From NCBI GenBank assembly GCA_976551045.1, contig CDPCPM010000280.1, positions 1,860,001 through 1,924,000 of the forward strand: 64,000 nt of DNA. The letters run 5' to 3'. Position numbers and translations under genes: made by a program. Of the stretch, positions 34,586 through 48,722 are shown piece after piece. The notes under the pieces are model-generated. The model was not told where the DNA came from and did no database searches. It saw only the letters and a list, made by a program, of their open reading frames with translations. Positions within the stretch are counted from its first letter, which is position 1. Every line of letters begins with the position of its first letter. The stretch comes from Glaucostegus cemiculus. Lineage: Eukaryota.

Positions 34586-37384
34586 CTGGGCAAAGTTTTA
34601 AAAATCAAAAGGAAAAACAGTGCCATTGATGAGCACTGTGCTTACTACAATGCAATCAGGATAATAATGCCTGCAAATCCCTGTTACTTCACAAATTCAA
34701 CTGGTCTAAAACTCCAAACCCCTTTACAAAAACAAACATAACTGCCTAGCATTCCAAATACTTTTAATTATTAAAATCCAGAACTGGATTGATGTTTTCT
34801 TTGTACAATGATGTGTTCTGATCTTCATTATGTTGTCTCAAAGGTTTTTAAGCACAGATCGTAAACCCATTAGCAAACCATCCTAAAAACAGACGTGTAA
34901 ACAAATGCCAAGTCAGAAAAGTTAAAATAGTTTGAAAACTCAGTGTGTGTAGGAACCAGGGAGAGTTGACAGACATCTTACATTATATTTGCATTGATAT
35001 ACTTTCAAATGGCTCCCTATGTAAGGCCATCACAGTTATAGCAGGGATAGCCAGATATGACCCTGGATTTGGTACAGGGTTAACAAATCTCAGCCAGTGT
35101 GGGTGGGATGATTGTTGAAGGCACTATAATTGGCTTCAGAATTCCTGGCTAGGGAAGAGTAAAACTTGTGGAGGATTATAGCGCCTGAAAAATTATCCTG
35201 TCACCTTCAGCTTGAAATGTGCAGTGGTGATGTCAGGAGTGGTCTTGTACACCATGGGCTATTCAGGAGTTACCAAACTCTTCGCCCACCCCTCTCAAGA
35301 GATCTGTGTCTTTTGCACCCACCTCCTTCAAACTGCTCCACCCTGCTGTGAACTTTATTGCATTACCACCCGCCCCCCCCACCCCCGTGCCCTCCACTAC
35401 CAAAGATCCATCCACTGGTCTGACAACATCGTGCCCACAATATCAAAGGTTTAGGTTGCGATTTATCTTTCAATTCAAGCTGGGAAAGTGGGTCAGATTA
35501 AACTGGAGCAGAGCGTCTGCTTCTTCCTGACAACTGGGAAAATACAGGAGGTGATTCAAAGGGCAGAAAAGCCCAGAAAAAAAGACTGACCTCCTTATTG
35601 CATTTTAGGTTCGAGTCCAGATAGTGATCTAGGACCATTAACTATTTGAAGGTGTGATGCTGAGCAAGAGCTAAGGCAGATGAGTTACAGCTGCTCAGTG
35701 TACTATGAACACCTCACAACTGAAGGCAGAGATACCAGCCTGCTAGTGGCCATCATTTACAAGTGGGGCAGGATGAGGGAGGAGCTAATTGATTGGAGGA
35801 GGAGGAAACAGGTCAGGGAAGGGACACAGATACAAGACCTACCGATCCAGTGGCTCCCTTGCTGCTTTGCCTTCTGATCTGTAGTGGCAGCACGGTGCCA
35901 AACAAAGATCTCACCTACTTAACTGGTAATGGCCTGTTAGTCGAGATATGTGAGAGGCTATCACTGTTCAGCATAACCCTTGTCCAGGAGGAGCCCCCAC
36001 CTCTCGGAGAGGAAGAGAGCCATCCAAATAAAAGAAATACTATGTTCTTGAAAAAGCATTACCAAAAATAACTACAAGGTTACAGAAAATGCTACCAAAT
36101 CCTGTGTTCAAAGTTATAGTTTCAGAGCTTGGATTAACTCTGCAATATTTTCAAAAGGCCCTTGGCTGAAATTGTCATCACTCTTCAGTTTAAATGCAAT
36201 GTGCATTTGACTCCATCCAGTGCTGCATGCTAAAAGCCTGGACTGTTATGACAAGGTTTTGATTCTGTAAATATGAACATCCAATCAAGCACTTAAACCC
36301 TAACAACACGACACCAATTCAATCTAGCTACAAGTGGAAAATGTACGTTAATAGGCATAGACATAAAAAATTCTAACATTTTTATTTCTGAGTAGAATAT
36401 TATGCATTTATGAGGCATCTATGCTGCCCTTTGTAAATATATACTTAGTTTATGGCTCTGTTAAGTCATCAAAACATCACCATGTTAAAATAATGATTGC
36501 TTTAACAGAAGGGCCATGGTGAAAAGTTGGGGGGTCAGGTGTACAGAGTTGAGGTTACAATCAGACCAGCCACAGTCCTGTTGAATGGTGGAGCAGCTGA
36601 GTAGCCCTCTCCTGCTCCTAAAAGTTATGTAATTTTAAATCCACTGCTACACAGAGAAACAAAGCTAATTGAAGCCTGGCTACCTGACTCAGATCTGTTG
36701 GGACTTAACTATGTGCTGGATTCGGGTCAGGTCAGCTTTGAAAGATAATTGTAAATCCTCAGTGCAGGTGGGGTGGGCAGGACCTTTATAAGTAAACTCT
36801 TGAGCACTGGTATTATTGGTGAATACATACTATACGTTAGTGAGGCCTTGCACGAGTTGAGTGATGTGTTGTGTGGAACAGGCTTGGTTGCCAGACAACA
36901 GTGGTCAGGTTGCTTGGGTTAGGTATAAAGAAATTACACATCCTCAGGCTTGGGATGCATCAGGTTTTCATTTTATTCCTGAGCAGATGTCTGTATTGAA
37001 GGAAAATGAAACATTCACTTCTCAGGCACTTTGGCAGTTAGATGTGGTCCTTTGGGGAGAGATGTGTGCAAGCATGATTGTAACTAGAGCCCTGAAGAGC
37101 TATTACCATAACAACATCCTTGTGTCAGGCCATTCCAAAATGACATTTACTAGTGAGGCTAATGTGCTCTTTTACTCATTTCAAAAGGCACATGCTTACT
37201 CTGGATTATGGGGTTAAATGCCCAACGGGATGATGCTGAACGCCTTTTGTAACTTGAGTGAAAGATCCACAGAAACATCTTGAGAAGCACTGGGGATAGT
37301 CTCTATGCATTTTCTGTGGATCTCACTTGCAGAAGATATAGCAGTTTAATGGAAGCACTGCTATATCTTTGGCAGATTTCTCAC

Positions 37385-38050
37385 TTAAAAGTTTTTATTG
37401 CAGAAATTGATAGGTTCTTGATTGGTAAAGGGGTTAGGGGTTTAAGGGTTACAGGGAGATGGCGGGAGAATTAGTTGAAAAATAATTAAATCAGACCTGA
37501 CGGGCCAAATGGCCTATCTTGTGGCCTAACAGGCTCAAACCCACCCCAGGTCTTAAGCAGAAATAAGAACTTAAACTTCATTGTGTGCACAGGAAGGATT
37601 TACTTGAGATAGCAGCACAACAAAGGATCACAGGATTGATTGAGGTGGGAGCGGAGAGGGCGTTGGGAAAAGCTAAACAGACTGGGCCTATATTCTCTAC
37701 AGAAGAATGTGTGATAATCTCATTGAAACATACAAAGTTCTTCAAGGGCTTGACAGGAATGGTGTGTTCCCTGGCTGAGATGTTTACAATCGATGGTCAC
37801 AGTCCCAACATAAGTAGATAACCATTTAAGAAAGGGGTAAAAGGAAATTTCCTCACCCAGAGGGCAGAGAGTCTTTGGAATTCACTGCACATGGCTGTGA
37901 AGACTCAGCGAGTATATCCAAGACACAAAATCAATAGGTTTTTAGATATAAAGGAAATCAAAGGATGTGAAGTTAGCAAAGGACAGGGATGCTGAGGTAA
38001 AGTATGGGCCACAATCTCACTGAACGAGCCTGCTTCTATTTCTTACTTTC
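37385..38050 (+). mobile_element. Two degraded CR1 3' fragments in tandem
   Basis: gcagaaattgataggttcttgattggtaaagggg...gggccaaatggccta, and atctcattgaaacatacaaagttctt...aggaaatttcctcacccagagggcagagagtctttggaattc. Confidence 0.8.
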
Positions 38051-40129
38051 AGTGCCATCCAGGGATGGATTGCTGCAGTGTTTGGATGAAATAATTAGCT
38101 GGGCTCCTATCTCCTTGCTGAGATGAATGGGCAGGGGTGAGCCCTTGACGTTTTGGCCAACCATGATCCCTCAACCACAACAGACACTGGTTGGTTATTT
38201 CATCTGCTGTTGTCTGCAGGAGCTTGCTCTGCGTACTCTGATACCTTCAGAATACCTTGGAGTTCTTTCTTATAACAACTATCTGGATGTTGAAATTCTG
38301 AATGGTTTCCATTAACTTCCTGCCATAGCCCATGGCCTTTCCATCTTATCCCTGGAGATTCCCCAGTCTCCCATTGGAGTTAGAGTGGGCAAGACATGGA
38401 ATTTTAGCTCCACTGTGTTTATTGCATGGCAGTAACAATCCCCAGAGCATCAGCTTGTTATTTAAATTAATTCTACAACAATAAACACCATTGGCAAACA
38501 ATTTGAACGCAGGTTTTGTTTTGCAGTTCTGCGAACTCTCTCTCTGAAGAGGCAACAAAGTTATTGCTGATTCACCCTGGGGTAGAGTGAGGGTGAAGAC
38601 ACTTTGGTCATCATATTTAGAAACAGAGAGTTGGTAACATTGGAAGTTTTAGTCTTGCTGTGTGACCTTGTGAAAGAAATTGCTCATCAAGATGAGACAT
38701 TGGAATATAACAACAGAACAAGGCCATTCATCCCCTTGAGTATTTTCAGCAGTCGATTAGATCTTAGCCGACCTGTATCTCAACTCTATTTACCTGGCTT
38801 TATTCCACAATCCTTGATAACCCTTAGCTAACAATGATCTATTGATCACCCTTTCAACATGTGAGATGGCCCAGCCTGCATTTCCATTATCCTTTCAGTT
38901 AAAAAGTTGCTCCTTCATTTCATTCCTTAAACTTAGAGTTGGGCTTTCTAGGGCACACCCTGTTGTACTGACACCACCATCGCCAGCACCACAGGAAACA
39001 GTTTCTTTAATTCTACTCTTATCAGATCCCTTGATCATTTTAAAAGCCATGATTTGATCACCTTCAAACTCAACAAGGGATGTCAGAATCAGCTAAGAAA
39101 ACTGAATTTTTGTTTGCATTTTAGAGTTTCCCCCAATGAGTCTAACTGCACAATACCCCATCAAGGAGAGTGTGACACAGAGTTAGGGTAAAAGGGAATC
39201 ATTTTTACACTTTTGAAATATCAATGGTTGAAGCAATGAAAATACAATCATAAAATATTTCACACCGGCAATTTTATAGCCCACACATTTACTATCTTCA
39301 TATGAAAATCAAAACAACAAAAATAGGAAGACTGAACATTACTGAATATTTAATAATTTATATGGTAAAACCTCTACTATTTAAACTCAGGTCTTTTGCT
39401 GAGATCTACAATTTCTTATCCACAGTAGTAGAATCTGTTCATTAACCAAGACTGAATTAATTTTACAGTTTCTGTTCTTCAAAAATTATTTTCCATCCAG
39501 CAAAAACTTCACATCGATGTTGAAATTATATTAATTATCATGAAGCAGAATCAGTAATATTAAAATATTCTTTTACGATTGCATGAAATGTTCAAATAAT
39601 CTACACATCAGCGAGATGTTACCACCCACAGGTCCGCATCTCATATTTCCATTCTAACAGCAGTGGTTAGATTGGGAAAGGGTGGCGCTTCCTTTGCATT
39701 TCTCCGCAGTACAGCTAATGGCTACAAGTTCTGATAATGGCTTTTTACGCAGAGTGAAAGCCACAAGAAGTGGGCTGTTGTTTGTTACCACTCTTAGACT
39801 TCAAGGACTAGCTGTTCAGACAAACTTGTCTATGAGAGTGAGTCATACAAAAAAACAAGCAGAAGTTACAGTGGATAGGATGTTGAACATCTAGCCATGT
39901 CGACAGAGGTCATAATGTCTGAGGCTATGGGTGCAACCATACAACAGTAAATGCTTCATAGATTTGACATTGAACCACAGGTTTTTTTTGGTACAAACTG
40001 TTCCATTTATTGAATGTCAATTTTCATCTTCCTACTAATTTTCACAATTTGGTTGCATTTTGTTTGTTTTGACAGTTTTCAGCCCTCTTCTTCAACAAAA
40101 AGTAAATTTAAAATAAGTCCACAATTATG

Positions 40130-40225
40130 GAGACACAAGAGACTGCAGATGCTGGACTCTGGAGCTCAGCGGGTCAGGCAGCATCTATGGAGGCAGAGGA
40201 ATGGTTGATACTTTGCAGGACTGAG
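40130..40225. mobile_element. Penelope-derived short element fragment
   Basis: gagacacaagagactgcagatgctggactctggagctcagcgggtcaggcagcatctatggagg. Confidence 0.7.
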
Positions 40226-42559
40226 AATGTAGAGGGGAGGTAGCCAGTGAGAGGGAGAGGTGAGGCAGGGGCTGGCAGGTGATATGTGGAACCTGTCACC
40301 AGCAGCCAGTCCACAATCACACTCAGCTGTAATATGTAGCCCATGAAACTGGGCACATGTACAGCAGTTACACACTGCATGTACCGGTGGCATTCCTCGA
40401 CAAAATCTTATGGACTATACTGCAATGGTATGACCCACTGAGTTCTCACAGCTGTGGCCATGAGTTAAAGACTAGCAGCAACAGGATATTTGGTATAAAT
40501 TCGATTGAAAGACTTGTACCATGTGGCATTTCTAAGCAAGATGGAAATTCACTACAATTTATCTTTCAAAATTAATTCCTATTTTCTGAAGTTTACCAGC
40601 AGTGTGGTTTTTGTTTATTGATTTAATTCTTGCACAAACTTAAAAGTTAATCACTATTCAGCAAACCAACTCAAAATTTCACTGGTTGACCCATTACAAG
40701 GTGGAAGCTCCTCACAGCACGGAATTCAATGAGTTTAGGCCCTGAATAGAAGATGTGGTTGGGAAGTCAACACTGCTGGACAAGGTTTGCTGCATGGGCA
40801 TACCACAGCATTGAGTTTAGTCACGCATGAAGCTGGCAGCACTGATGGGATGTGGGCCAAGGTTAGGAACACCAAAACAATTGTGTGGAAGGTATAGCTT
40901 CCACAGAAGCAGAACAGGTAAGGTCAGGTCTCTTGTTTACAGCTTGAGCAGGCCTCTAATATCAACTGAGCCCCACACTCAGCACACATGGGCTGCCCTG
41001 TCTGCAGATCTCAAAGTGCAAAGAATTATCCAGAAGTGCTGTCACACCAGGCACCTCACACCATTTGGCATTGTTGCACATGACCCCAGACTGACCTTGA
41101 GAAAGTGCACAGGGAGTAACAAAGGTGCTGGTCACAGTTAAAGATTGGGTGTTCAATGTAATCCAAATCACACTGTGTGCAGCAATGTTGTGTGATGTGA
41201 ATTTCTAGCTTACTATGTTTTTGGACCAGTCTCCATTCCCCTCGTGTGATTAATAGTACCGCATTTACAGAATTAAAACTATGTCGCTTCACAAGATAGA
41301 TATACTGTAAAGATGTTGAGCTTCCAGCTCTCCGAGCAAGATCACCAAACCCATTCAGACACTGGGTTCCTGGAATACCTGTAGTTAACTGCCAAGATTT
41401 CTGGCTTTCATTGACAGGTCACCCTTCAGGCTTCACGAGTAAGCCAGACAAGCTGGTGAATCATCAGCTCAGCTGGTCAATGTGGTTTGTTCAGGAGCTG
41501 AATCACCAAAACTCCCACAATAGGCTGACTTGCTTTTGTGCTTTCATTACCAAGCAGGGTGCATTTGATCCACCTCAACACCAGTAAAGGACCCAAACCA
41601 CCTGCTACAATGACAAAGTGCCAACGGAAAAACATGACGGATTGAGCTGGCAAAGGCTGTATTTGATTGGCTCCAAAACTGGGTGTGGGGATCGCTATCG
41701 AGTTTACCCAGCCATCAGTGCTTTTGATGGAGACAACTTTGTGCTGTCTACCAATTGTGCAACCAGCATTAACCATATAACCCAGCAGAGACGTAGAATT
41801 ATTTAAAGACAGCCTTCTCTTCTCTAAGCCATCCTGCACTACCTAAAGGGGCAGTACAGTGTGGCTGAAAAGCAAGGATGTCTTCACTGTACCTCACACA
41901 TTGTTCCTTGCTTTGACTAAGTTAAGAAAATTGTTCCCCGAACATCCTGGGCAGATAATGGGTTCCTGCTGAACTGCCTTCCCCCCTCTTCCATACCTCC
42001 CCCTCTTCCATGTGGACTCTGCCCCTTTCTCACGGTCACGTTATATTCCATGAGCACATCCACAAATAACCAGCTTGTGCAGAAGCCTCATGCGCCTTTC
42101 AGCAACTGTCACACTACTTCCTGCGGACTTTAGCAACTTCAAAGAACTTTGTAAACCACCAAATACTCATAACATCAACAGCCAGCAAAAATCAATTAAA
42201 AGCTAACCTAAAACTTTATACAATCTTTTAAAACAGAACAGGTGGGGTTGTCCTTCCTTCTGCTGAATGTGTCCAGAAGATTGCTTGATTAAGAGTGCGC
42301 TTGAACTCCAAGACAGCAATGTTGGAATTGCACACTGCCTGACTTCACAATCAGCTGCCTCTGCAAACTTCCCACCAGGTTAGCTGTAGCTGGGGCTGCT
42401 TGTGTACAAACACCCCTATTAATATGGGTACAGGATCGATGCCCCACAGATGTGCCCATGCTCAAACAGTCTGGGATCCACACCTGCAATCCTTGTTGGT
42501 TGTAAAATAAAAGATAACTGAATGTGGTACATTTATTAAGGCTGTGATGGGGATCAACT

Positions 42560-42597
42560 AGTTAATGTTTCAGGTCTGGGACCCTTCATCAGACCCT
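42560..42597 (-). ncRNA. Minimal type I hammerhead-ribozyme-like motif (best preserved copy in the window; probably decayed)
   Basis: Minus strand: GGGT-CTGATGA-AGGGTC CCA GACCT-GAAA-CATT-AACT. The CUGAUGA and GAAA boxes are intact and stem II can form. Stems I and III each carry a mismatch. Confidence 0.5.
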
Positions 42598-42636
42598 GGA
42601 CCCAAATCAGGGTCCCAGTATTGAAACACTAACTGC

Positions 42637-43245
42637 ATTGAGTATAAGAGTAGGGAAGTCATGTTGCAGCTGTATAAAACTTCAGTTTGGCCACATTTGG
42701 AGTAGTGTGCGCAGTTCTGGTCGCCGCATTACAGGAAGGATGTGGAGGCTTTGAAGAGGATACAGAAGAGGCTCACTAGATGTTGCCAGGATTAAAGAGC
42801 ATCAACTATAAGGAGAGCTTGGGAAAACTAGGCTTGTTTTCTCTGGAGCATCAGAGGCTGAGGGGGTGACCTGATAGAAGTATATCAAATTATGAGACAC
42901 ACAGATAGGGTTGATAGTCAAAGTCTATTTCCTGGGATGTAAATATGAAATTCTAGAGGGGATAGATTTAAAGAGAGGGAAAGAAAGTTTAAAAGGAGAT
43001 TTGTGGGGCAATTTTTTTTAAACATAGAGGTAGGTGCCTGGACCACGCTGCCAGGGGAGGTGGTGGAAGCAGATACAATGGCAACATTTGAGAGGCATGT
43101 AGACAAGCACACGAACAGTGGGGAATGGAGGGATGTATATGACAGGCAGGCAGATGTACAGCTTAAATTGTCATTACGGTCAGCAAAGACATTGTGGGCC
43201 GAAGGGCCTGTTCCTGTGCTGTACCGTTTGATGTTCTACGCTCTA
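42637..43245 (+). mobile_element. CR1 LINE ORF2 C-terminus and 3' UTR, inserted within a Penelope-derived element
   Basis: gcattgagtataagagtagggaagtcatgttgcagctgtataaaac...cagttctggtcgccgcattacaggaaggatgtggaggc; closely similar to 1900-2487. Confidence 0.92.
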
Positions 43246-43290
43246 GAAGCTGCCTGACCTGCAGAGTGTCTCCAGCATTTTTTGTTTTTA

Positions 43291-43585
43291 GAACATAGAA
43301 AAATTACAGCACAATTTAGGCCCTTCAGCTCACAAAGCTGTGCCGAACATGTCCCTACACTAGAAATTACTGGGCATTCCATAGCCCTCTATTTTACCTA
43401 GCTCCATGTACCTATCTAACAGTCTCTTGAAAGACCCTATCATATCCGCCTCCACCACTGCCTCTGGCAGCCCATTCCACGCACTCACCACTCTCTGAGT
43501 AAAAAACTTACCCCTGACATCTCCTCTATATCTACTCCCCAGCACCTTAAACCTCCGTCCTCTTGTGGCCACCATTTCAGCCCTG
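43291..43585 (-). mobile_element. Young CR1 LINE 3' end with probable target-site duplication (tgttttta)
   Basis: ORF 43360..43575(-) MVATRGRRFKVLGSRYRGDVRGKFFTQRVVSAWNGLPEAVVEADMIGSFKRLLDRYM is an intact CR1 ORF2 C-terminus. tgttttta occurs at 43283-43290 and 43584-43591. Confidence 0.93.
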
Positions 43586-44602
43586 TTTTTATTTCAGATT
43601 TCCAACATCCGCAGGTTTTTGATTTTCACTTGAAGAAAATGAAGTGACTGAGTTGCACCTACTACGGCAATGCTTGGAAGCCGGAATGACGTGCTTACAC
43701 ATACATGTGTATGCCGAACAGAATACAATAACAGTGCTGATAGAGCAGCCAGATGGTGGTGGACAGATGCAGTTCATCACATCTCTAACATTAAAAACAC
43801 TATTCAAGCCTCAAGTGCAGGATGATCATGACAAAAGGTTTATATAAAGATCTTAATACCAAGATTGTTCAGCAACATACAATGTAAACATTGTCACAAT
43901 TCCATCTGCCTGCCTACATCTTTGGGAATCACTGCTCGGATGGATCTGATAGCAACAAAACTTGCACATAATTTTTTCCCCTGCAAGTCTGACTTTCTGG
44001 CCTGCAGTCTTATTTTCCTGAAGGCTTTTAAACTGGGACACCAGGGAGGGCAAGGCACTTTGGGGATTAACTGATGCGCTAGGTTTTTTTCACTTCCTGT
44101 TGATTAAGACACTAAATGGAATCAACGTTAGAAAATCCAAAGGAGTTTCTATCGTTTTTAACTCAATTGCTAGCTTTTAAAATCTTCCGTACTGAATAGC
44201 ACCGTGATGTCATGTTCATTGACAAGATTTCTTAGAAGAGATATGATGCAGGATTTGAAAATATAATTAGAAAAGCAAGTGGAGTGACAGGAAGCAAAAA
44301 TCAAACAGCAATGCAGCTGAACCATTAATGTAGCTGGTGAGTGGAGCAAAGGAAGGAGAGGCAACGGCAGATTTCATTCTGTCACATGTCCTGTATGCCT
44401 GCCCCTTACGCTCAGAAATGAGTTTGAAGGTGGGAGAATTATGATGGAGCAGGGAAGGTTTGAGTTAATTTGCCCACAGAGAAGAGTTAAGAGCCAATTT
44501 CAGCCTTTAATCTGTGCCAATTTAACTCATGCACGAGTAAGGGTGCTACAATTTTAGCCAGTCTTCCTGAACTACCTGTTACAAGCTGTGGGATACCTGG
44601 AA

Positions 44603-44742
44603 ATGGAGACACAAGAAATTGCAGATGCTGGAATTTGAAGCAACAAACAAGCTGCTGAAGGAACTGTGCATCTGCGGTGGTGGGGGTGGGGGGTGGAGGA
44701 GGAGAAAATGTGGACGTTTTGGGTCAAAACCCTGCATCAGAA
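44603..44742 (-). mobile_element. Penelope-derived short element with decayed hammerhead-like motif
   Basis: gagacacaagaaattgcagatgctggaatttgaagcaacaaacaagctgctgaaggaact; minus strand CTGATGC-AGGGTTTTGACCC-AAAA-CGTC. Confidence 0.7.
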
Positions 44743-47700
44743 AATATGGAGCAAGCTTGGACATAATGCTCCCTACCTTTGATGGCTCACTGACAATCAC
44801 TGCGTACACTCTCAACAGAAGAGTGGTTAGATACCAGGGGGTGACCAGTACTCATTAAACCATTAATCAGTGAAATACATGCCCAGAAATTGTAGTGCAA
44901 CCTAGCACTGGCCCTTGCTGGGGACTCCAGCTGGTCCAGAGGCACAAGACTTCGGATACACCTAGTCCACTAGTGCATCTTTCTTCCTACTGCTTGGAAG
45001 GACGGGGATTGGTGGTTGAGGAAGTTTTATGGGAATGTCTGTTCGGAAGGGGATTGGGGACCAGGAGTTTGGAAGGAATGGTGAGGTAGTGGTCTGGCAG
45101 GTTCAGTGGAGGATTGTGGGAGGAGAGCTGATCAAATCGTTGGGGCTTGGGGCAAGAAGGACCTCAGCACCATGCCACAGTGTTTGGCAGGAGCAGTGGG
45201 AGAGGAGCAGCGATTGTGGTTGGTAATACTGACGAATGGGAGTACGTAATTCACTTACCTGACAGGAGTCCCAGTTTGGTGGTGCACTGGGAAGACCATG
45301 TTCTCCCAGGATTGCCCAACAATGGTGCCCCCAGACAACATGGTCTGTTCTCCTGTAAGGCCTCAAAAGGGAACAGCACCCTCCCTTGTCCTTGGCCCAG
45401 AAACTGAGTTTTGGCATAAGGGCAACTTGGACCAACAAGTGACCAGTTGAATTTCCAAAGTGACATGAAGTAAAAATGATAATTATTGCATTTAACTCCA
45501 GTAAACAAAAAAAAATTTTCAATTGCATGAAGCTGGAAAAAAAGCAGTGTTATGCAATTTGATTTCTAGGCCTGTGGCTGGTGCTTCAGAAAGAAAATGA
45601 TTCAAGGGAGCTCAGCATGCAAGCCTGGAAATGATAACACCAGGCATGCTTCTACTAACAGTATGGCCTGAAGCTCTGCAGCAACTGTGTGTGCTACAAG
45701 GAGAGTGTGATGGTGATTTCTAAAGACAGCTAAAGAGGCTTTGAAACACTAATACAGTAATTGGTTGTCTGGCTTCATCCACATAGTCTGAGCTTGGAAG
45801 ATTTCATAAGTAATAAATGTTCTTGAAAAAGCTCAGCTCTTGCAGCTTTTTAGGCCCTTTGGGGATTTTGGTGACTGTCTGTTCACTCTCCTTTACTGTT
45901 TTGATGTTACCCTGCATAATGGGATCAGACTGGCCTACAGTTTAGCAAGACGGAGCTTGCATTTGTAGCTGTGCCCTGACCTGCATTGTTAACATGTGCT
46001 TGCTTTTGTCTGTCCAGGGAGCCAGCTGGCAGGACCGATTAGGTAGGATGGCAGGTGAGCTTCTATGTTCTTAAGTTTCAACATTTATTACCGGAGAGAA
46101 TTCTATCAAAAAAACTGGGGGGAAAAAACCTTAAAGGGCTTGGGCTATCTTTCATGAATTCAAAGTGGGCCAAACTGCCACCCAGGCAGCTAATTAAGTT
46201 GGAAGCTGAGTCAGAGGCATTTTGTAGGTTAGTGTAGCAGTCAATTTACACAACATATTAGCCCATAAACTACTGAGATGAATTAACATTTACTTTTGTT
46301 TAGATGGTGTTATTGGACAACTCAAGCTCATTCCTCAATAATGCCATAGATTCTTATGTGAAGGAATAATTATTTTAAAGGGACAGCACCTTTGTGGAAA
46401 CAAACATTTCTGGTGAACATATTCAAATGCCATTCTCCCAAATAATTCAACGGGATGGATTTTCCCCTGTTGCAGGTCCTATATGGGCACTGGGAGCATG
46501 CTCAACAGTCATCCAATAATACTGGTGGCAGTCTGTTTGAGACCAGACTTCATTAGCTATAGGCCTGGGGCTTTAAGTAGCACTTCACAGAAGCATTAGC
46601 CCAGGCTAATCTGTGGCAGCATTCCTGCTCCTTCCAAGGCCCTCCCCAGGAAAACATCAAAACTGCCAGTGGGCTCCAAACCAGAGCTCCAGCCAGCACT
46701 CTGAAGCATGCATGATCTCAAGGCCTATCCTGTGATGGCAAAATGTGGCCCTGTGTTTGTCATGCAACAACTGGCACAGATGACAACAGAATATACTGCA
46801 CGCACACTGTATGAAGAGGAAAAATTGGGAAAGAATTGTCATCCTACATTTCAGTGGTATGTCAACATTTTAAGGAGAAATAAAGGCTAATGTCTGGGTG
46901 GTTTCTTTCCTCCTTCCTCATTTTTAGAGTTTCAGTATTTGCTATTTTTTTATTTCATAAAACTGGGAAGTACTTCAAAACTCAAGGAAGCTTGCAGAGA
47001 GCCTGTGTCAGACTTGTGCTTGCCCTGGCTTCCTGTAAGTGGGTGTCTTCTAACTGCAGCAACAGTCCAGAACGGTCTGCATGAGGCTACTTTCCTCTGT
47101 GTTCATCAAGACAGAACTTGGGCTCCACAATAATCCAGCCAGACATAATCAATACAGTTCTGTTTCTAAACCCAGACTACAGGCACCTGGTTAGTGTTAT
47201 AAAATCTACGCACAGGAAAAATGAGACCGTACTTCCTCTATCATGCCAAGTCAAAGTATTCATTACAGCTAATCTTTTGGCAGCAAAGAAAGAAAATGTA
47301 TTGTGGGGACCTCTTTGACCCGGAAACATGATTGTTTATATTAAGAGACCATAGCATTAAAAGTACTTTAGATCTACATATCATTCTGTTTAATTTATTT
47401 TGTTACAGAATGCAGTATATTTAAAAATAATCAGTGAAAGAAAGAAGTCTCAAGTTGAAAGTAAATCGGGCACAAAATACACAGGAATTTCAACACCAAG
47501 AAAAACATTACATTGATTTTTTAAATACTGAATCCGTGTTAAGTGGACCAACCTGTGCTATTTTGTATGATTTGTCTAACGTGTTGATACTAAAAACTTC
47601 ATTTGCTTAAGCACGCAAAGGGGGTTTTGTGTAAGCACATTCTGTCCAGATGGAACAGAACCAGCCAATTACTGTACCCTAAGGAGGAAGTGGCACTGTC

Positions 47701-48042
47701 GAAAATGGATTTGATTTGGGAAGTTTTTATTGGAAAACAGGCACAATGCCTTTCTTTTCTTTGCTTACTCTCCCATTATTTCTTCACCCATAGAGCTACA
47801 ATGAAAAAATACTACTTGTTACACAGCAATGTACAAATTCAAAACATGATCAATCTAGGAACAGGAAGGGAGTCAGGCCAAATATTATTCCATAAAATGT
47901 GCTAACTTCTGTGGAATAAGTCCATAGGGATGCTTAGTAAAGCAGATGATGTAATAGGGTTTGTAGGGGTGCAGAGTGGAGTGGGGAGACCAGATACATT
48001 ACTCCAAGGGAAAGGGATTGGGGATCTGGTGGGAATACCATC

Positions 48043-48722
48043 ATAGAGTCATAGTCACAGAGTTGCACAACACTGAAATGAGCCCTTTGGCCCACTCGTT
48101 CATGCTAACCATAATGCCTTTCTACACTAATCCCGTTTGCCTGCATTAGGCCTGTATCCCTCTACTCCTTTCCTATCCATGGACTTGTGCAAATGCCCTT
48201 TAAATGCTATAATTACATCTGCCTCTACCACTTCCTCTGGTACTCGTTCCATGCACCCATCACACTGTGCGAAAAACTTGCCCCTCAGATCTCCTTTAAA
48301 TTTCTCCCCCCCTCACCTTAAACCTGTGCCCTCTAGTTTTAGCCTCCCCCAACCTTGGGAAAAACTCTGACTATCTACCCTAACAATGCCCCTCATAACT
48401 TCATAAATCTCAGTAAGGTCACCCCTCAGCTACCTACATTCCAGCGAGAATAAACCCAACTATCTACTCTCTCCTTATAACTATACACTTCCATTCCAAG
48501 TAACATCCTGGTGAATCTCTTCTGCATTCTTTCTAATGTTGCCATGTCCTTTCTATAGTGTGGCACCCAGAACGGTACACAATACTCCAAGTGCAGCCTG
48601 ACCAAGGTTTTGTACAGCTGCAACACGACATCCCAACTCTTGTAACTCAATGGCTGTGATGGCAAGCATGCCTTCTTCAGGGAGCTACAAACTTGCATCC
48701 CAACGTCCCTCTGTACATCAGC
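48043..48722 (-). mobile_element. CR1 LINE ORF2 C-terminus and 3' UTR
   Basis: ORF 48426..48737(-): DVQRDVGMQV.SSLK...YKSWDVVLQLYKTLVRLHLEYCVPFWVPHYRKDMATLERMQKRFTRML. Confidence 0.93.
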
